Assembly (NCBI GenBank): GCA_964395115.1
Contig: CAYMZX010000006.1
Location: 26,041 to 90,040, forward strand
Length of the DNA: 64,000 nucleotides
Direction: 5' to 3'
From: an uncultured Gammaproteobacteria bacterium
GTDB taxonomy: Bacteria > Patescibacteriota > Microgenomatia > UBA8517
The notes under the pieces are model-generated. The model had not been told where the DNA came from. It searched no databases and saw only the letters and a list, made by a program, of their open reading frames with translations. The translations under genes and the position numbers were made by a program. Below, in pieces: positions 1-11,446 of this stretch (position 1 is its first letter; each line of letters begins with the position of its first letter).

Positions 1-1647
1 GCCGATGCCATTGAACATGCCTCCAGCGAAATAAAGGACCTGTGGGATGATGGCAAGCTCAAAGAGGTACCGGGAATTGGAGAGTCAATATCCTCGCACT
101 TAGACGAACTTTTCAGAACAGGAAAATCGCGGCATTTTGAAGAGGTGATGAAAGGTTTACCAAAGGAAATGTTTAGACTGATGGAGATACCGGGTATTGG
201 GGCAAAAACAGCCTTTAAGCTGGTTACGAAACTAGGGATAAAAAACATTTCTGATTTGGAAAAAGCGGCAAAAGAAGGAAAAATTGCCTTATTGGAAGGA
301 TTTGGTGAACAATCGCAGAGGGATATTTTAAAATCTATTGAAGAAAGTAGGCAGCGGGCTAAAAGACATTTACTTCCTTACGCACAAACGATCGCCACCC
401 AGATAATCGCTTGGCTGTCAAAAAGTAAATTTGTAGAAAGAGCCGATCCTTTAGGAAGCCTTCGACGCCAAGCAGCGACGGTGGGTGATATTGACATTGC
501 AGTAGCCTCAAATTTCCCCCAAAAAGTAATCGAACATTTTATTCACTATCCTAGAAAAACAAGAATTTTAGAAAAGGGCGACCGAACGGCTTCTATTATT
601 CTGTCCGGGGACGTTCAAGTTGATCTAATGGTTCAAGTGCCAGAGGGTTATGGAGCTCTATTGCAGCATTTTACAGGTTCTAAACATCACAATATTGCTT
701 TGCGAGAATATGCACAAAAGCATGGACTAAGTTTGTCCGAATATGGAATTAAAGAAAATGGCATCTTGCAGAAGTTTTCCAACGAAGAAAGTTTTTATCA
801 AAAACTTAAGATGGAATGGATACCGCCGGAGTTAAGAGAAGATACAGGGGAAATCGAGGCAGCCCTCAAACACAATTTACCGAAACTAGTCGAAGAGAAA
901 GAAATCAAAGGGGATTTACAAATTCATTCCAGCTATGACATCGAAACGAGCCATGACATCGGTCAATCCTCAATGGAAGAAATAATTTTTGAAGCCGACA
1001 AACGAAGGTATGAATATATTGCCTTTACCGAACATAACCCCAGTAAAACAGGGCATACCGAGGAGCAAATATTAGATATTCTCAAACGGAAAAAAGAAAC
1101 AGTTGATGAATTAAATTACTCGATTGTGAAAAGGCAATGTAAAAGTATAAATAAAGTGTTCAATAGCCTTGAAATTGATATCTCGCCTGATGGACGACTG
1201 GCGATACCAGAAAAAGGTCTTGAATTATTAGATTTCGCCCTTGTTTCCATTCACTCTAGTTTTAGGCAAAATCGTGATCAAATGACGCAGCGTATCCTTT
1301 CCGCACTAAGTTATCCAAAAGTAAAAATACTTGCCCACCCCACCGCCCGAAAAATAAACGAGCGCGAAGGGGTTGAAATAAACTGGCCAGAGATTTTCCA
1401 ATGTTGTAGGAAAAATAATATATTTTTAGAAATTAATGCCGATCCATCAAGACTAGATCTGCCAGATCTTATTGTTCGCGAAGCAGTTAAGGAAGGAGTG
1501 ACCTTATCATTAGGTACGGATGCTCATCACAAAGATGGACTAAAAAATATGAAATATGGGTTAGCGGTGGCGAGACGGGGGTGGGCGACCAAAAAAGATA
1601 TTTTAAATACAAGAAGTTTGACTGAAATAGAAAAAATGCTACATTAA
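1..1647 (+). CDS. DNA polymerase X family protein (PolX, HhH + pol-beta NTase + PHP domains). The 5' end is truncated by the window edge.
   Basis: Frame 1 is open from nt 1 with no stop before the listed Met. HhH motif GIGxK, NTase motif GDIDI and a C-terminal PHP phosphoesterase are present. Confidence 0.8.
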   Translation, partial: ADAIEHASSEIKDLWDDGKLKEVPGIGESISSHLDELFRTGKSRHFEEVMKGLPKEMFRLMEIPGIGAKTAFKLVTKLGIKNISDLEKAAKEGKIALLEGFGEQSQRDILKSIEESRQRAKRHLLPYAQTIATQIIAWLSKSKFVERADPLGSLRRQAATVGDIDIAVASNFPQKVIEHFIHYPRKTRILEKGDRTASIILSGDVQVDLMVQVPEGYGALLQHFTGSKHHNIALREYAQKHGLSLSEYGIKENGILQKFSNEESFYQKLKMEWIPPELREDTGEIEAALKHNLPKLVEEKEIKGDLQIHSSYDIETSHDIGQSSMEEIIFEADKRRYEYIAFTEHNPSKTGHTEEQILDILKRKKETVDELNYSIVKRQCKSINKVFNSLEIDISPDGRLAIPEKGLELLDFALVSIHSSFRQNRDQMTQRILSALSYPKVKILAHPTARKINEREGVEINWPEIFQCCRKNNIFLEINADPSRLDLPDLIVREAVKEGVTLSLGTDAHHKDGLKNMKYGLAVARRGWATKKDILNTRSLTEIEKMLH

Positions 1648-1668
1648 TGACTGAAAGGAGGTGAAAAT

Positions 1669-2259
1669 ATGCAATTTATAATATTAATTATTATTTTAGG
1701 GGCACTAATGATTTGGGTAATAGTAACCTATAACTTTTATGTTTCCAGCAAAGCAAGAATTAAGGCCTCTATTCAAGAGATTGGAAACCAGCTTAAGAGA
1801 CAGGCTGAACTGATTCCTAATTTAGTCGAATCTACCAAAGGGTATTTGACTCACGAAAAAGAAATTTTTGCCAAACTAAGTGAGGCTAGAAAAGCGATTG
1901 TTTCGGCAATTAAATCGGGGGCTGTACAGGAGATGTCAGATGCGGGAGCCAAACTAGCAGCAGTTTTACCGTCAATAAAAGTGGCGGTTGAAGATAACCC
2001 GGAAATTAAAGGATCCGAGATAGTATCCAAATTGATGGATGAACTTAGAGACACATCTGATAAAGTAATGTATTCCCGCCGGCTTGTCATCGATCTAACG
2101 GCGGATTACAATGTGCGACGTGTTAGTTTTCCATCGAATATCGTGGCAAAAATATTCCGATTTGAAGAACTGCCGGGAATTATTACTGCTCAAGAAGGAG
2201 AGCATCTTACCGTTTCGGAGGAAGAGTCAAAACCACAAAAAATAAAATTATATAAATAA
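1669..2259 (+). CDS. lemA: LemA family membrane protein
   Basis: N-terminal TM helix plus LemA-like conserved core. It lies directly upstream of htpX, the usual LemA-HtpX pair. Confidence 0.75.
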   Translation: MQFIILIIILGALMIWVIVTYNFYVSSKARIKASIQEIGNQLKRQAELIPNLVESTKGYLTHEKEIFAKLSEARKAIVSAIKSGAVQEMSDAGAKLAAVLPSIKVAVEDNPEIKGSEIVSKLMDELRDTSDKVMYSRRLVIDLTADYNVRRVSFPSNIVAKIFRFEELPGIITAQEGEHLTVSEEESKPQKIKLYK

Positions 2260-3185
2260 TGCTTAACGTTTACGAAGCTACACAGAAGAATAAGCTTAAA
2301 AGTAGTCTTATTGTGGCTGGGTTTATATGTTTCGTTTCCGTGGCGATCTACGTCTTATTAGAGGCTTTTAATTACTATTTGGGATACGAAGCTGGTCCTT
2401 TGGGCCTTTTCGGTCTGGCCCTTGTGATTTCCGGTTTTATGGCTTATCTTGCCTATTATTTCAGTGACCAGATTGTTCTTTCTATTTCAAGCGCTCGACC
2501 AGCGGACCGAAAGAAAGATTTCCTTTTTTACACCGTGGTCGAAAATTTGGCCATAGGGACTGGTCTTCCAAAACCCCGTCTCTTCGTCATTGATGATTCT
2601 GCTCCAAATGCATTTGCCGCCGGCCGTGATCCCGAACACGCCGTCATTTGCGTCACCAGAGGGCTATTAGACAAGTTGTCCCGTACCGAGTTAGAAGGAG
2701 TAATCGCTCACGAGTTTAGTCATATTAGAAACTATGACGCTAGACTGGCAACATTGGTGGCAGTAATGGTTGGGATTGTTGCTCTTCTTGGAGACTGGTT
2801 TTTAAGAAGTGCTTGGGGGGGAACTTCGCGAAGCAATGAAAAGGATAGAGGCGAACGGTTAATAGTTATTTTCGGGCTTGTTTTCGCCATTCTTTCTCCA
2901 CTAATCGCTCGGCTTATTCAGCTGGCCATTTCTCGCCGTCGCGAATTTCTTGCCGATATAGGAAGCGTAGAAATGACAAGACAACCTCAAGCTCTTATTT
3001 CCGCTCTGGAGAAGATTTCCAAAGATATGAACCCTCTCGAATCCGCAAACAAAGCAACCGCTCACTTGTACATAGTTAACCCATTTAAAGAAAAAGGCCA
3101 TGGGGTAGTTAACTGGTTTTCCGGCCTTTTTAACACCCATCCCCCAATTACTGAACGTATTAAAGTTCTTAAACAAATGATGTAA
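2259..3185 (+). CDS. htpX: Zinc metalloprotease HtpX (peptidase M48)
   Basis: HEFSH (HExxH) motif, multiple TM helices, and a start overlapping the lemA stop. Confidence 0.85.
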   Translation: MLNVYEATQKNKLKSSLIVAGFICFVSVAIYVLLEAFNYYLGYEAGPLGLFGLALVISGFMAYLAYYFSDQIVLSISSARPADRKKDFLFYTVVENLAIGTGLPKPRLFVIDDSAPNAFAAGRDPEHAVICVTRGLLDKLSRTELEGVIAHEFSHIRNYDARLATLVAVMVGIVALLGDWFLRSAWGGTSRSNEKDRGERLIVIFGLVFAILSPLIARLIQLAISRRREFLADIGSVEMTRQPQALISALEKISKDMNPLESANKATAHLYIVNPFKEKGHGVVNWFSGLFNTHPPITERIKVLKQMM

Positions 3186-3195
3186 GATTAGGACG

Positions 3196-3510
3196 ATGGG
3201 AAAGTTAGCGGGGATAGAAATTCAATATCTTGGCAGATTAGCTAACCTTCATCTTTCGTCAGCTGAAAAGAAAATATTGGGCCACCAACTTTCGGAGGTC
3301 TTGGCTTTCGTTGGAAAACTGGCAAAAATTAACACCCGAAATATTGAACCAACAAGTCAGACAACTGGTCTTAGTAATCGGCTGAGAAATGATATAAAGA
3401 AGGCAGATTATACGCTAACAACAGAGGAGGCATTATCTGGAACGAACAAAGTTTATAATAATTTCTTTGTTGTCCGCTCTATATTAAGCAAAAGGTCTCA
3501 TAACAAATAA
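3196..3510 (+). CDS. gatC: Asp/Glu-tRNA(Asn/Gln) amidotransferase subunit C
   Basis: ~100 aa with a GatC-like conserved core, sitting upstream of gatA. Confidence 0.7.
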   Translation: MGKLAGIEIQYLGRLANLHLSSAEKKILGHQLSEVLAFVGKLAKINTRNIEPTSQTTGLSNRLRNDIKKADYTLTTEEALSGTNKVYNNFFVVRSILSKRSHNK

Positions 3511-4919
3511 TGAAAACGGCGCCCCTGACTATAAAGGAAACACAAGATGGTCTATTAAAAGGTCGCTTTTCAGCCGTCGATTTAGTAAATTTTTATTTAA
3601 CGCGAATCCAGAAGTTCGACAAAAAGATAAATGCCTACTTAACTGTTTCCGAGGAGATAGCTTTTAAACAAGCAAAAAATGTCGATAAACAAATTGAAAA
3701 TTTCAGAGAGAAAGCCATTGAGGAAAAGCCTCTGTTGGGAGTAGTCGTTAGCCATAAGGATTTATTTTTAACTAAAGGGGTAAGAACAACCGCAGGTTCC
3801 AAGGTTCTTGAGAGTTACATACCCCCATATTCAGCTACAGTTGTTCAGAAGCTGGAAAAAGCTGGTTGCATAATGCTTGGAAAATTAAATTGTGACGCTT
3901 GGGCTCACGGATCCTCTGGGGAAAATTCCGATTTTGGACCGACAAAAAATCCATGGAACCCAAAATATGTACCCGGAGGATCTTCGAGTGGATCCGGAGC
4001 GTCTATGGCGGCGAACTTTACTTTAATAGCAACCGGTACTGATACTTGCGGCTCTGTTCGATTGCCAGCCAATTATTGCGGCCTGTACGGTCTAAAGCCG
4101 ACCTATGGTACTGTTTCAAGATATGGGGTTGTAGCAATGGCGTCGTCTCTAGATTCAATTGGACACTATGGACGATGCGTTGACGACATCCGAAAAGTTT
4201 TCAATGTTACAAAGGGGGAGGATGGGAGAGATTCAACGGTGATAGATGGCGATTACATCAATATTTCCCCGAGACCCAAATTGGGAATTCCCAAGGAATT
4301 TTTTAAAAGCGGTCTGGATGAGGAAGTAGAAAAAACAGTTATGGAAGCAGTAAAAGTTTTTAAAAAAATAGGCTTCGAAATTAAAGAGGTTTCGCTTCCA
4401 AAAAGCGACTACGCGATTGCTGTTTACTACATCATCCAGCCGGCGGAGGTTTCATCTAATTTAGGACGATACGACGGAATAAGGTATGGCAATGGACGTG
4501 ATAATTTTGGCCCTGAGGCCCGGCGAAGGATAATGCTTGGAACCTATGTACTTTCGGCAGGATATTACGATGCATATTATCTCAAAGCGATGAAAGTTCG
4601 ATCTTTGATAATCAAAGAAGTATCAAAAGTTTTTGAAGCAGTAGATGCTCTGATCGCACCAGTGGCGCCAACGCCCCCTTTTGCTTTGGGGGAAAAAATT
4701 AATGACCCTCTTCAAATGTATTTGACTGACATTTTTGCGGCGACGGCGAATCTTTCGGGAATAGCGAGTTTAGCCGTGCCATTCAAATTTTCTTCAAAAG
4801 GGCTTCCTCTCGGTTTCCAACTAATGGGCCCAAGGTTTTCCGAGTATTCTTTATTTGAAATGGCAAGCGCCTTTGAAAAAGAAACTGGGTACACGCCAAG
4901 AGTAGTTGAAAATATTTAA
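3510..4919 (+). CDS. gatA: Glu-tRNA(Gln) amidotransferase subunit A (amidase)
   Basis: Amidase signature GGSSGGSGA with the catalytic Ser-cisSer-Lys context. Confidence 0.9.
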   Translation: MKTAPLTIKETQDGLLKGRFSAVDLVNFYLTRIQKFDKKINAYLTVSEEIAFKQAKNVDKQIENFREKAIEEKPLLGVVVSHKDLFLTKGVRTTAGSKVLESYIPPYSATVVQKLEKAGCIMLGKLNCDAWAHGSSGENSDFGPTKNPWNPKYVPGGSSSGSGASMAANFTLIATGTDTCGSVRLPANYCGLYGLKPTYGTVSRYGVVAMASSLDSIGHYGRCVDDIRKVFNVTKGEDGRDSTVIDGDYINISPRPKLGIPKEFFKSGLDEEVEKTVMEAVKVFKKIGFEIKEVSLPKSDYAIAVYYIIQPAEVSSNLGRYDGIRYGNGRDNFGPEARRRIMLGTYVLSAGYYDAYYLKAMKVRSLIIKEVSKVFEAVDALIAPVAPTPPFALGEKINDPLQMYLTDIFAATANLSGIASLAVPFKFSSKGLPLGFQLMGPRFSEYSLFEMASAFEKETGYTPRVVENI

Positions 4920-4922
4920 ACT

Positions 4923-6194
4923 ATGCTACTGGAATATAAGTCTTTAATTAGAAATACAAATTTTTTGTGTGTCTGGGCATCACAACTTCTTTCCCAGTTA
5001 ACGATAAATATTATGAACTTTTTATTGTTAGTTAGACTTTTCGCCATTACCGGTTCGGCGATAGCCACATCTCTGCTATGGGTGGCTTATGCACTTCCGG
5101 CAATACTAATTGGTCCGTTTGCCGCCGCCACCGTAGACTTAATTGACAGACGAAAAATGCTAATGGTTACCAATCTGCTGCAGGCATCGGTCGTATTAAG
5201 TTACGCCCTTGTTCACGAAACAAAGTTTTTTCTTCTTTATGGAGTAGCGTTTTGCTACTCGTTTCTAAACCAGTTTTATCTGCCAGCCGAATCAGCAACA
5301 TTGCCTTCTGTTGTAGAAAAAAATTTTTTACCGTATGCGAACGGACTATTTTTTATTACCCAGCAAGGAGCCTTGATAATTGGATTCGGGATAGCCGGAA
5401 TTCTTAACCAATTTTTTGGTTATTCGAATTCCCTTTTTCTAGCCGCGGCACTACTTTTTTTGGCGTTTATCGCGGTGAGCTTTTTACCGCCGCTGAAAAT
5501 TGAAAGGGAATTACCCCATACCTATCAGGAGGCGGTAGAACATTTCTTTACCACTATTGTCCAAGGGTATCAATTTATCAAAGAAAATAAGGTAGTTTTA
5601 GCGCCCTTTTTGCTATTGCTCGCTTTACAAGTTGTTTTGGCGATGGTCGCGGTAAATATTCCCATTTTGGCTACCGAACTTTTTCAAATCAGCCCGAATT
5701 CTGCCGGAGTCCTCATAATTGTCCCCGCCGGAATAGGGGCTATTGCTGGGGCGATATTTATACCAAGAATATTACGAGGAGAAGTTAGAAAAAAAACGAT
5801 TATCGATTACGGACTGATGGCGCTAGGTTTTCTTCTTTTGGGCCTCGGCTTTTTAGTTCCTGAGTTAAATGAACCCCTACGAATGATCGTCGGCTTTATT
5901 TTAATAATTTTTACTGGTTTGGCGTTTGTTTCCCTACTTATTCCGGCGCAAACATTTCTTCAAGAAAAAACCCCCGGTGGCCTAAGGGGGCGTGTTTTTG
6001 GAAACTTTTGGTTTCTAACGACAATTGCTACTTTGATGCCGGTGATTTTTTCGGGTGCCCTAACCGAATTGTTGGGCATACACTCTTTGCTGCTTCTATT
6101 ATCAGGACTTTCGTTATCTGCTCTGGTTGTTTCTAAAAGACAAGGGCAAAGATTTATAGAAAAAGTGGAGGAGATTGAAACAAAGCAGATATGA
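4923..6194 (+). CDS. MFS transporter inserted between gatA and gatB
   Basis: About 12 predicted TM helices and an MFS-like N-terminal loop (DLIDRRK). Confidence 0.7.
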   Translation: MLLEYKSLIRNTNFLCVWASQLLSQLTINIMNFLLLVRLFAITGSAIATSLLWVAYALPAILIGPFAAATVDLIDRRKMLMVTNLLQASVVLSYALVHETKFFLLYGVAFCYSFLNQFYLPAESATLPSVVEKNFLPYANGLFFITQQGALIIGFGIAGILNQFFGYSNSLFLAAALLFLAFIAVSFLPPLKIERELPHTYQEAVEHFFTTIVQGYQFIKENKVVLAPFLLLLALQVVLAMVAVNIPILATELFQISPNSAGVLIIVPAGIGAIAGAIFIPRILRGEVRKKTIIDYGLMALGFLLLGLGFLVPELNEPLRMIVGFILIIFTGLAFVSLLIPAQTFLQEKTPGGLRGRVFGNFWFLTTIATLMPVIFSGALTELLGIHSLLLLLSGLSLSALVVSKRQGQRFIEKVEEIETKQI

Positions 6195-7516
6195 GTGATC
6201 TTATACCTACTATTGGCTTAGAAGTTCATATTGAACTGGCGACAAAAACGAAAATGTTTTGTCCCTGCTCCGCCGACCACTTCGCTAAACCCCCAAACAG
6301 CCAAACATGCCCCATTTGTCTCGGATTACCCGGGGCTCTTCCTTTCGCTAATAGAACGGCGGTAATCTCAACTATCAGATTAGGACTGGCGTTTAATTGC
6401 CGAATTAACAAACTAGCCAAGTTTGATCGAAAACACTATTTTTACCCAGATTTGCCAAAATCTTATCAAATTAGCCAGTATGATCTACCTCTTTGTGAGT
6501 CAGGTTTTTGGGAAATTGATGGTAAAAAGATAAGAATTCGGAGAATACATCTGGAAGAAGACACCGGAAAACTTGTTCACCAAGTTGTCGAGGGGAAAAG
6601 GGTTACCTTAATTGATTTTAACCGTAGCGGAGTTCCATTGGTAGAACTTGTAACCGAACCGGATTTTGTGGATGTTTCCCAAGTGGCGACTTTTTTGAAA
6701 GAAATTCAGCTAACGGTCAGATATTTAGGGATATCGCAGGCCGATATGGAGAAGGGGTCAATGAGATTAGAAGCAAATGTCTCGCTTCACGAGCCCGAAA
6801 AAGGACTGGCTCCCTATAAAGTAGAGTTAAAGAATATAAATTCCTTTAGATTTTTAGAAAAAGCAATTAGAAGTGAAATTAAGAGGCAAGAAACAATAAT
6901 CAACAAAGGTGGAAAAGTAATTCAGGAAACAAGAGGGTACAACGAAATTTCGGGAGAAACTTTTTCTCAAAGGAGAAAGGAAGAGGTCCAAGATTACCGA
7001 TATTTTCCCGAGCCCGATATTCCGCCCTTAACTATTACAGATGAGGAGATTGAAAAATATAGAGCAACTATTCCGGAGCTACCTGAGCAGAAAAGAAAAC
7101 GGCTTAAGAAGGAATACGGAATCCAATCCCAGTATATAGAACTTCTGGTGGAAAATCTCCAACGGCTAGCTTATTTTGAAGAGGCAACGAAATTGGGAAA
7201 AAGATATGGTTTTTTACCGGAAACGATTGCTGACCTAATGTTAAATAAAGGACTTGATGTCGACTTTCCTGAACCAGCCGGTTTAATTAAGAAAATGGTC
7301 GAACTTTCACGCAGAGAGTTTGCACCACTAAAAGAGGTAAAAAGGGCGGTTGAAGCAGTCATAGAAGAAAACCCCAAACCGGTTCAGGACTATCGTTCTG
7401 GAAAATCAAAAGTTATCGATTACCTAATTGGAATGGTTCAAGCAAGATTAAAAAGCAGTGGAGACCCAAAAGTAATTGCTCAAGAGGTTTTGCTAAAATT
7501 ACAGAATAAAAAATAA
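6191..7516 (+). CDS. gatB: Asp/Glu-tRNA amidotransferase subunit B
   Basis: N-terminal GatB motif IGLEVHIEL...CPCS plus a C-terminal GatB/YqeY domain. Confidence 0.9.
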   Translation: MSDLIPTIGLEVHIELATKTKMFCPCSADHFAKPPNSQTCPICLGLPGALPFANRTAVISTIRLGLAFNCRINKLAKFDRKHYFYPDLPKSYQISQYDLPLCESGFWEIDGKKIRIRRIHLEEDTGKLVHQVVEGKRVTLIDFNRSGVPLVELVTEPDFVDVSQVATFLKEIQLTVRYLGISQADMEKGSMRLEANVSLHEPEKGLAPYKVELKNINSFRFLEKAIRSEIKRQETIINKGGKVIQETRGYNEISGETFSQRRKEEVQDYRYFPEPDIPPLTITDEEIEKYRATIPELPEQKRKRLKKEYGIQSQYIELLVENLQRLAYFEEATKLGKRYGFLPETIADLMLNKGLDVDFPEPAGLIKKMVELSRREFAPLKEVKRAVEAVIEENPKPVQDYRSGKSKVIDYLIGMVQARLKSSGDPKVIAQEVLLKLQNKK

Positions 7517-7519
7517 GGC

Positions 7520-10500
7520 ATGGGAAAGAAATTCTATCATCTTCACGTACATACTGAATATTCTTTATTAGACGGCCTTTCTAAAATTAGCGCCTTAATA
7601 AGCCACATTAAAGAACAGGAGATGGATACTGTTGCCATCACCGACCACGGGGCTATGTATGGAGTGATTGAATTTTACAAAAAATGCATAAAAGAAGGCA
7701 TAAAGCCAATAATTGGGATGGAAGGTTATATTACCAATATAAACCATCGACAAAGACCGGAAAGGACGAAGGTTCAGAATTATCATCTTCTGTTACTAGC
7801 AAAAGACAAAGAAGGCTATCAAAATTTAATGAAGTTAACTTCAATAGCTCATTTGGAGGGCTATTACTACCGGCCTAGATTCGACCGAGATACCCTAGCC
7901 AAATATTCTAAGGGTTTAATTTGTACTTCGGCCTGCTTTCTTGGGGAGTTACCCCAGTGGCTTATTTCGGGTGATATTTCGGAAGCAAAAAAAATAGCCG
8001 CTTGGTATCAACAGGTTTTCGGTAAGGACTATTACCTAGAAGTGCAAAGACATCATTACGATAGTTTTATTCCCAAATCTGCAAACCCAGAACTAAAGAG
8101 AGAGCTTAAACTAATGGCGGAAAATGAGAAGGTAGCTATCAATGGAATAATAAAAATAAGTCGCGAATTGGGAATACCAATTGTTGCTACTAATGATGCT
8201 CATTATGTAAAAAAGGAAGATGCGATGGCGCAGGATTCTCTGGTGTGTATCGCTACAGGTAAAAACGTCAACGACATAAACCGCTTAAGGTTCATCGATT
8301 CTCCAACTTTCTATCTTAAGAGTAGCCAAGAAATGGGTCAACTTTTCCAAGACTTACCGGAGGCCATAAGTAACACAGTTGATATTGCAAAGAAATGTGA
8401 TGTGCACTTGACATTGGATAAGTGGTTTTTTCCGAAATACGAACTAACTAAAGGGGAAACCCCCGAAGAAGAGATCGAAATTGAAGCAAAACTTGGCCTT
8501 AAAAAAAAGTTTTCCAAACCGAGCAAGGAAATAAAAAAAAGGCTAAAATACGAATTAGATATTATAAAGACAAAGGGCTATTCAACATATTTTTTAATAA
8601 TTTCCGACGTTGCGAAATGGGCAGTAAAACAAGGAATAATTACGAACACGAGGGGAAGTGCCGCCGGCTCGCTAGTTTCCTATTTACTTGAAATTGTCAA
8701 TATTAACCCATTAGATTACGATTTGCCATTCGAAAGATTTTTAACTCCTTGGAGACCGTCACCACCGGATATTGACTTTGATATTGCGGATGACCGTCGG
8801 GAAGAAGTAATAAATTATATTGGCGAGAAGTACGGGCATAACAGAGTGGCTCAAATCTGTACTTTCGGGAGAATGCTGGCTCGAGCAGCGGTCAGAGACA
8901 CTGCACGAGTTCTGGGTTATCCGTATTCCATCGGCGATAGAATAGCAAAACTTATACCGTTTGGGTCTCAGGGATTTCCTATGAGTATCGCTAAAGCAAT
9001 GCAGATATCTCCCGATTTAAGAAACTTGTACGAGACAGACAGTGATTGCAAAAAAATTATTGACCTTGCCCAGCAAATTGAGGGAAATGCAAGACATATT
9101 TCCGTTCACGCCGCTGGTTTAGTCATTGCACCAGACGAAATTACGGAATATACCCCCGTTCAACTTGATCCGGAAGGAAAAAAGATAATTACTCAATATG
9201 ATATGGATGCCCTTGATCCGAATGTCTCACCTGGAGAAGCTGTCGGGCTATTAAAGTTTGATTTGTTAGGACTAAGAAATCTTTCAATTTTAGGGTCCGC
9301 TATTAAGATTGTAAAAGAAATAACCGGCAAGGAAATAAATATAAGGGAGATTCCTCTTAACGACAAAAAAACCTTTGAGATGTTATCGCGCGGTGATACT
9401 ATGGGTGTTTTTCAGCTATCAGGAAGCGGAATGACCCGATACTTGAAAGAACTTAAGCCGTCAAGGATCGAGGATTTAATGGCTATGGTTGCCTTATATC
9501 GACCTGGGCCAATGGCACAAATACCCGAATATATTGAACGGAAAAATAACCCTGCAAAAATTAAATATTTTGATCCCCGAATGAGAAGTTACTTAGCCAA
9601 ATCTTATGGACTATTAGTATATCAAGATGACGTTTTTGCAACCGCAATCAAAATTGCCGGTTACACTTGGGAAGAGGCGGACAAGTTTAGAAAGGCGGTT
9701 GGCAAAAAAATTCCTGCGGAAATGGAAAGACAAAGGCAAAAGTTTATTGATGGGGCCGTTAAGAACGGTATGGGTAGAGAGAAAGCTGAAGAGTTGTTCA
9801 AACTAATTGAGCCTTTTTCAGGCTATGGATTTAATAAGGCACATGCGGCATCGTATGGAATGTTAGCCTATCAAACGGCCTATATGAAGGCTAACTACCC
9901 AGTTGAATATATGACAGCCCTTTTGACTGCAGAATCGGGAGATACGGAAAAGATTTCGGCGGCGATTGGCGAATGTCGCCGAATGGGTTTGCAGATACTC
10001 CCTCCCGATATTAACGAAAGCGATGTTGGATTTAAAATAGTTTTTAAGAAAGGGTCATTAAATGACCGCGCAATCCGTTTTGGGTTTTCAGCGATAAAAA
10101 ATGTGGGCGACGCGGCAATAGAAGCAATTTTGGTTGCCAGGAAGAAAGGAAAATTTACCTCTTTTGCTGATTTTATCGCCCGCGTTGATCCGAGAAGAGT
10201 GAATAAAAAAGTATTAGAAAGTCTCATAAAAGTGGGCGCTCTTTCTGCTTTTGGGTCTCGAGCAGCCCTGTTATATTCGATTGATGACGTCAAAAATAAA
10301 GTGGGCCGTCCAAAAGCGGGGCCGGGACAACAAGACTTATTTGGATCAGATAAACAAATTGAAAAACCTACTAAAATAGAGGCGATAGTCCGCAACGATG
10401 TAAGCGAATTTTGCGACGAGGAGTTGCAGACACTTGAACGGCAATTGCTAGGATTTTCGTTATCAGCCAGGCCGCTGGGCGATATTATAGCCCCGATTGC

Positions 10501-11017
10501 TCATGAAGCAACCCATAAAATATACGAAATTTCACCCCACGAAAACATCGGCGAGTACGTAAGAATTGCGGCGGTAATTACCAACATTAGAATTGTAGTG
10601 ACAAAAACGTCAGGTTCTGAAATGGCTTTTGTAAGAGCTGAGGATGATACCGGAAGCGTAAATTTAGTTGTTTTTCCTAGACTTTTCCGCGAAACCAAAT
10701 CCTACTGGGTGGATTACAAGCCACTTTTAATCACAGGAAAAGTTGACGCCAAAGAGGACACCCCGACTATAATTGTGGAGGCCATAAAAACTCCCGAGGA
10801 AATAGAAAATAAGGAGAAAAATGTATATATCAAGATCCCGGAAAGTGTTTCAAAACAAAATTTACTAAAATTAAAGTCATTACTGTTGGAAAATCCGGGT
10901 GAAGCATCAGTTTCTCTGGTTTTTAATGGTAATAATAATGAAATAAAGTTGCCTTTCAAAATAACCTGGAACGATTCACTGGCCAGAAAAATATCAAAAA
11001 TCCTTGAAGGTGAATGA
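7520..11017 (+). CDS. dnaE: DNA polymerase III alpha subunit
   Basis: PHP domain HLHVHTEYSLLDG and the 1165-aa DnaE architecture. Confidence 0.9.
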   Translation: MGKKFYHLHVHTEYSLLDGLSKISALISHIKEQEMDTVAITDHGAMYGVIEFYKKCIKEGIKPIIGMEGYITNINHRQRPERTKVQNYHLLLLAKDKEGYQNLMKLTSIAHLEGYYYRPRFDRDTLAKYSKGLICTSACFLGELPQWLISGDISEAKKIAAWYQQVFGKDYYLEVQRHHYDSFIPKSANPELKRELKLMAENEKVAINGIIKISRELGIPIVATNDAHYVKKEDAMAQDSLVCIATGKNVNDINRLRFIDSPTFYLKSSQEMGQLFQDLPEAISNTVDIAKKCDVHLTLDKWFFPKYELTKGETPEEEIEIEAKLGLKKKFSKPSKEIKKRLKYELDIIKTKGYSTYFLIISDVAKWAVKQGIITNTRGSAAGSLVSYLLEIVNINPLDYDLPFERFLTPWRPSPPDIDFDIADDRREEVINYIGEKYGHNRVAQICTFGRMLARAAVRDTARVLGYPYSIGDRIAKLIPFGSQGFPMSIAKAMQISPDLRNLYETDSDCKKIIDLAQQIEGNARHISVHAAGLVIAPDEITEYTPVQLDPEGKKIITQYDMDALDPNVSPGEAVGLLKFDLLGLRNLSILGSAIKIVKEITGKEINIREIPLNDKKTFEMLSRGDTMGVFQLSGSGMTRYLKELKPSRIEDLMAMVALYRPGPMAQIPEYIERKNNPAKIKYFDPRMRSYLAKSYGLLVYQDDVFATAIKIAGYTWEEADKFRKAVGKKIPAEMERQRQKFIDGAVKNGMGREKAEELFKLIEPFSGYGFNKAHAASYGMLAYQTAYMKANYPVEYMTALLTAESGDTEKISAAIGECRRMGLQILPPDINESDVGFKIVFKKGSLNDRAIRFGFSAIKNVGDAAIEAILVARKKGKFTSFADFIARVDPRRVNKKVLESLIKVGALSAFGSRAALLYSIDDVKNKVGRPKAGPGQQDLFGSDKQIEKPTKIEAIVRNDVSEFCDEELQTLERQLLGFSLSARPLGDIIAPIAHEATHKIYEISPHENIGEYVRIAAVITNIRIVVTKTSGSEMAFVRAEDDTGSVNLVVFPRLFRETKSYWVDYKPLLITGKVDAKEDTPTIIVEAIKTPEEIENKEKNVYIKIPESVSKQNLLKLKSLLLENPGEASVSLVFNGNNNEIKLPFKITWNDSLARKISKILEGE

Positions 11018-11041
11018 ACATAAGTAGTAGAATACTGGTCT

Positions 11042-11401
11042 ATGGGGTTAAAAATAATACATAAAGATACCGAGATTGGTGTCGGAGATACGATACGAGT
11101 TTTTCAAAAAATAAAAGAGGAGGGTAAAGACCGCGCCCAAAGCTTTGAAGGAATTCTCATCTCAATAAAAAATAAGGAAGAAGGAAAAACAATTACCGTC
11201 AGAAGAATTGGGGAAGGCAAAATCGGGATTGAAAGAATTTTCCCCCTGAAATCCCCCTTTCTTGAGAAAATTGAGGTTGTAAGAAAAGGAACAAGTGGAG
11301 TAAGACATGCAAAGCTATATTTCATTAGGAAAAAGTCTCCAAGGCAAGTGGCCGAAATTTACACGCGAACGGAAAACTCAAGAAAACTTTCTAAGCCTTA
11401 A
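11042..11401 (+). CDS. rplS: 50S ribosomal protein L19
   Basis: 119 aa with the L19 family core. Confidence 0.8.
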   Translation: MGLKIIHKDTEIGVGDTIRVFQKIKEEGKDRAQSFEGILISIKNKEEGKTITVRRIGEGKIGIERIFPLKSPFLEKIEVVRKGTSGVRHAKLYFIRKKSPRQVAEIYTRTENSRKLSKP

Positions 11402-11446
11402 AAAAGATGAAATCCAAAAAAAGATTAAAACCTTCGGTTTCGGCAG

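Noticed and set aside
7595-10959. Short antisense or alternative-frame ORFs inside dnaE (e.g. 9895-10395 -). The same kind occur inside ppsA, eno, Lon and the P-type ATPase.
   Set aside because: They lie inside long, well-supported genes on the opposite strand or in another frame, with low-complexity composition. They are typical spurious six-frame calls.
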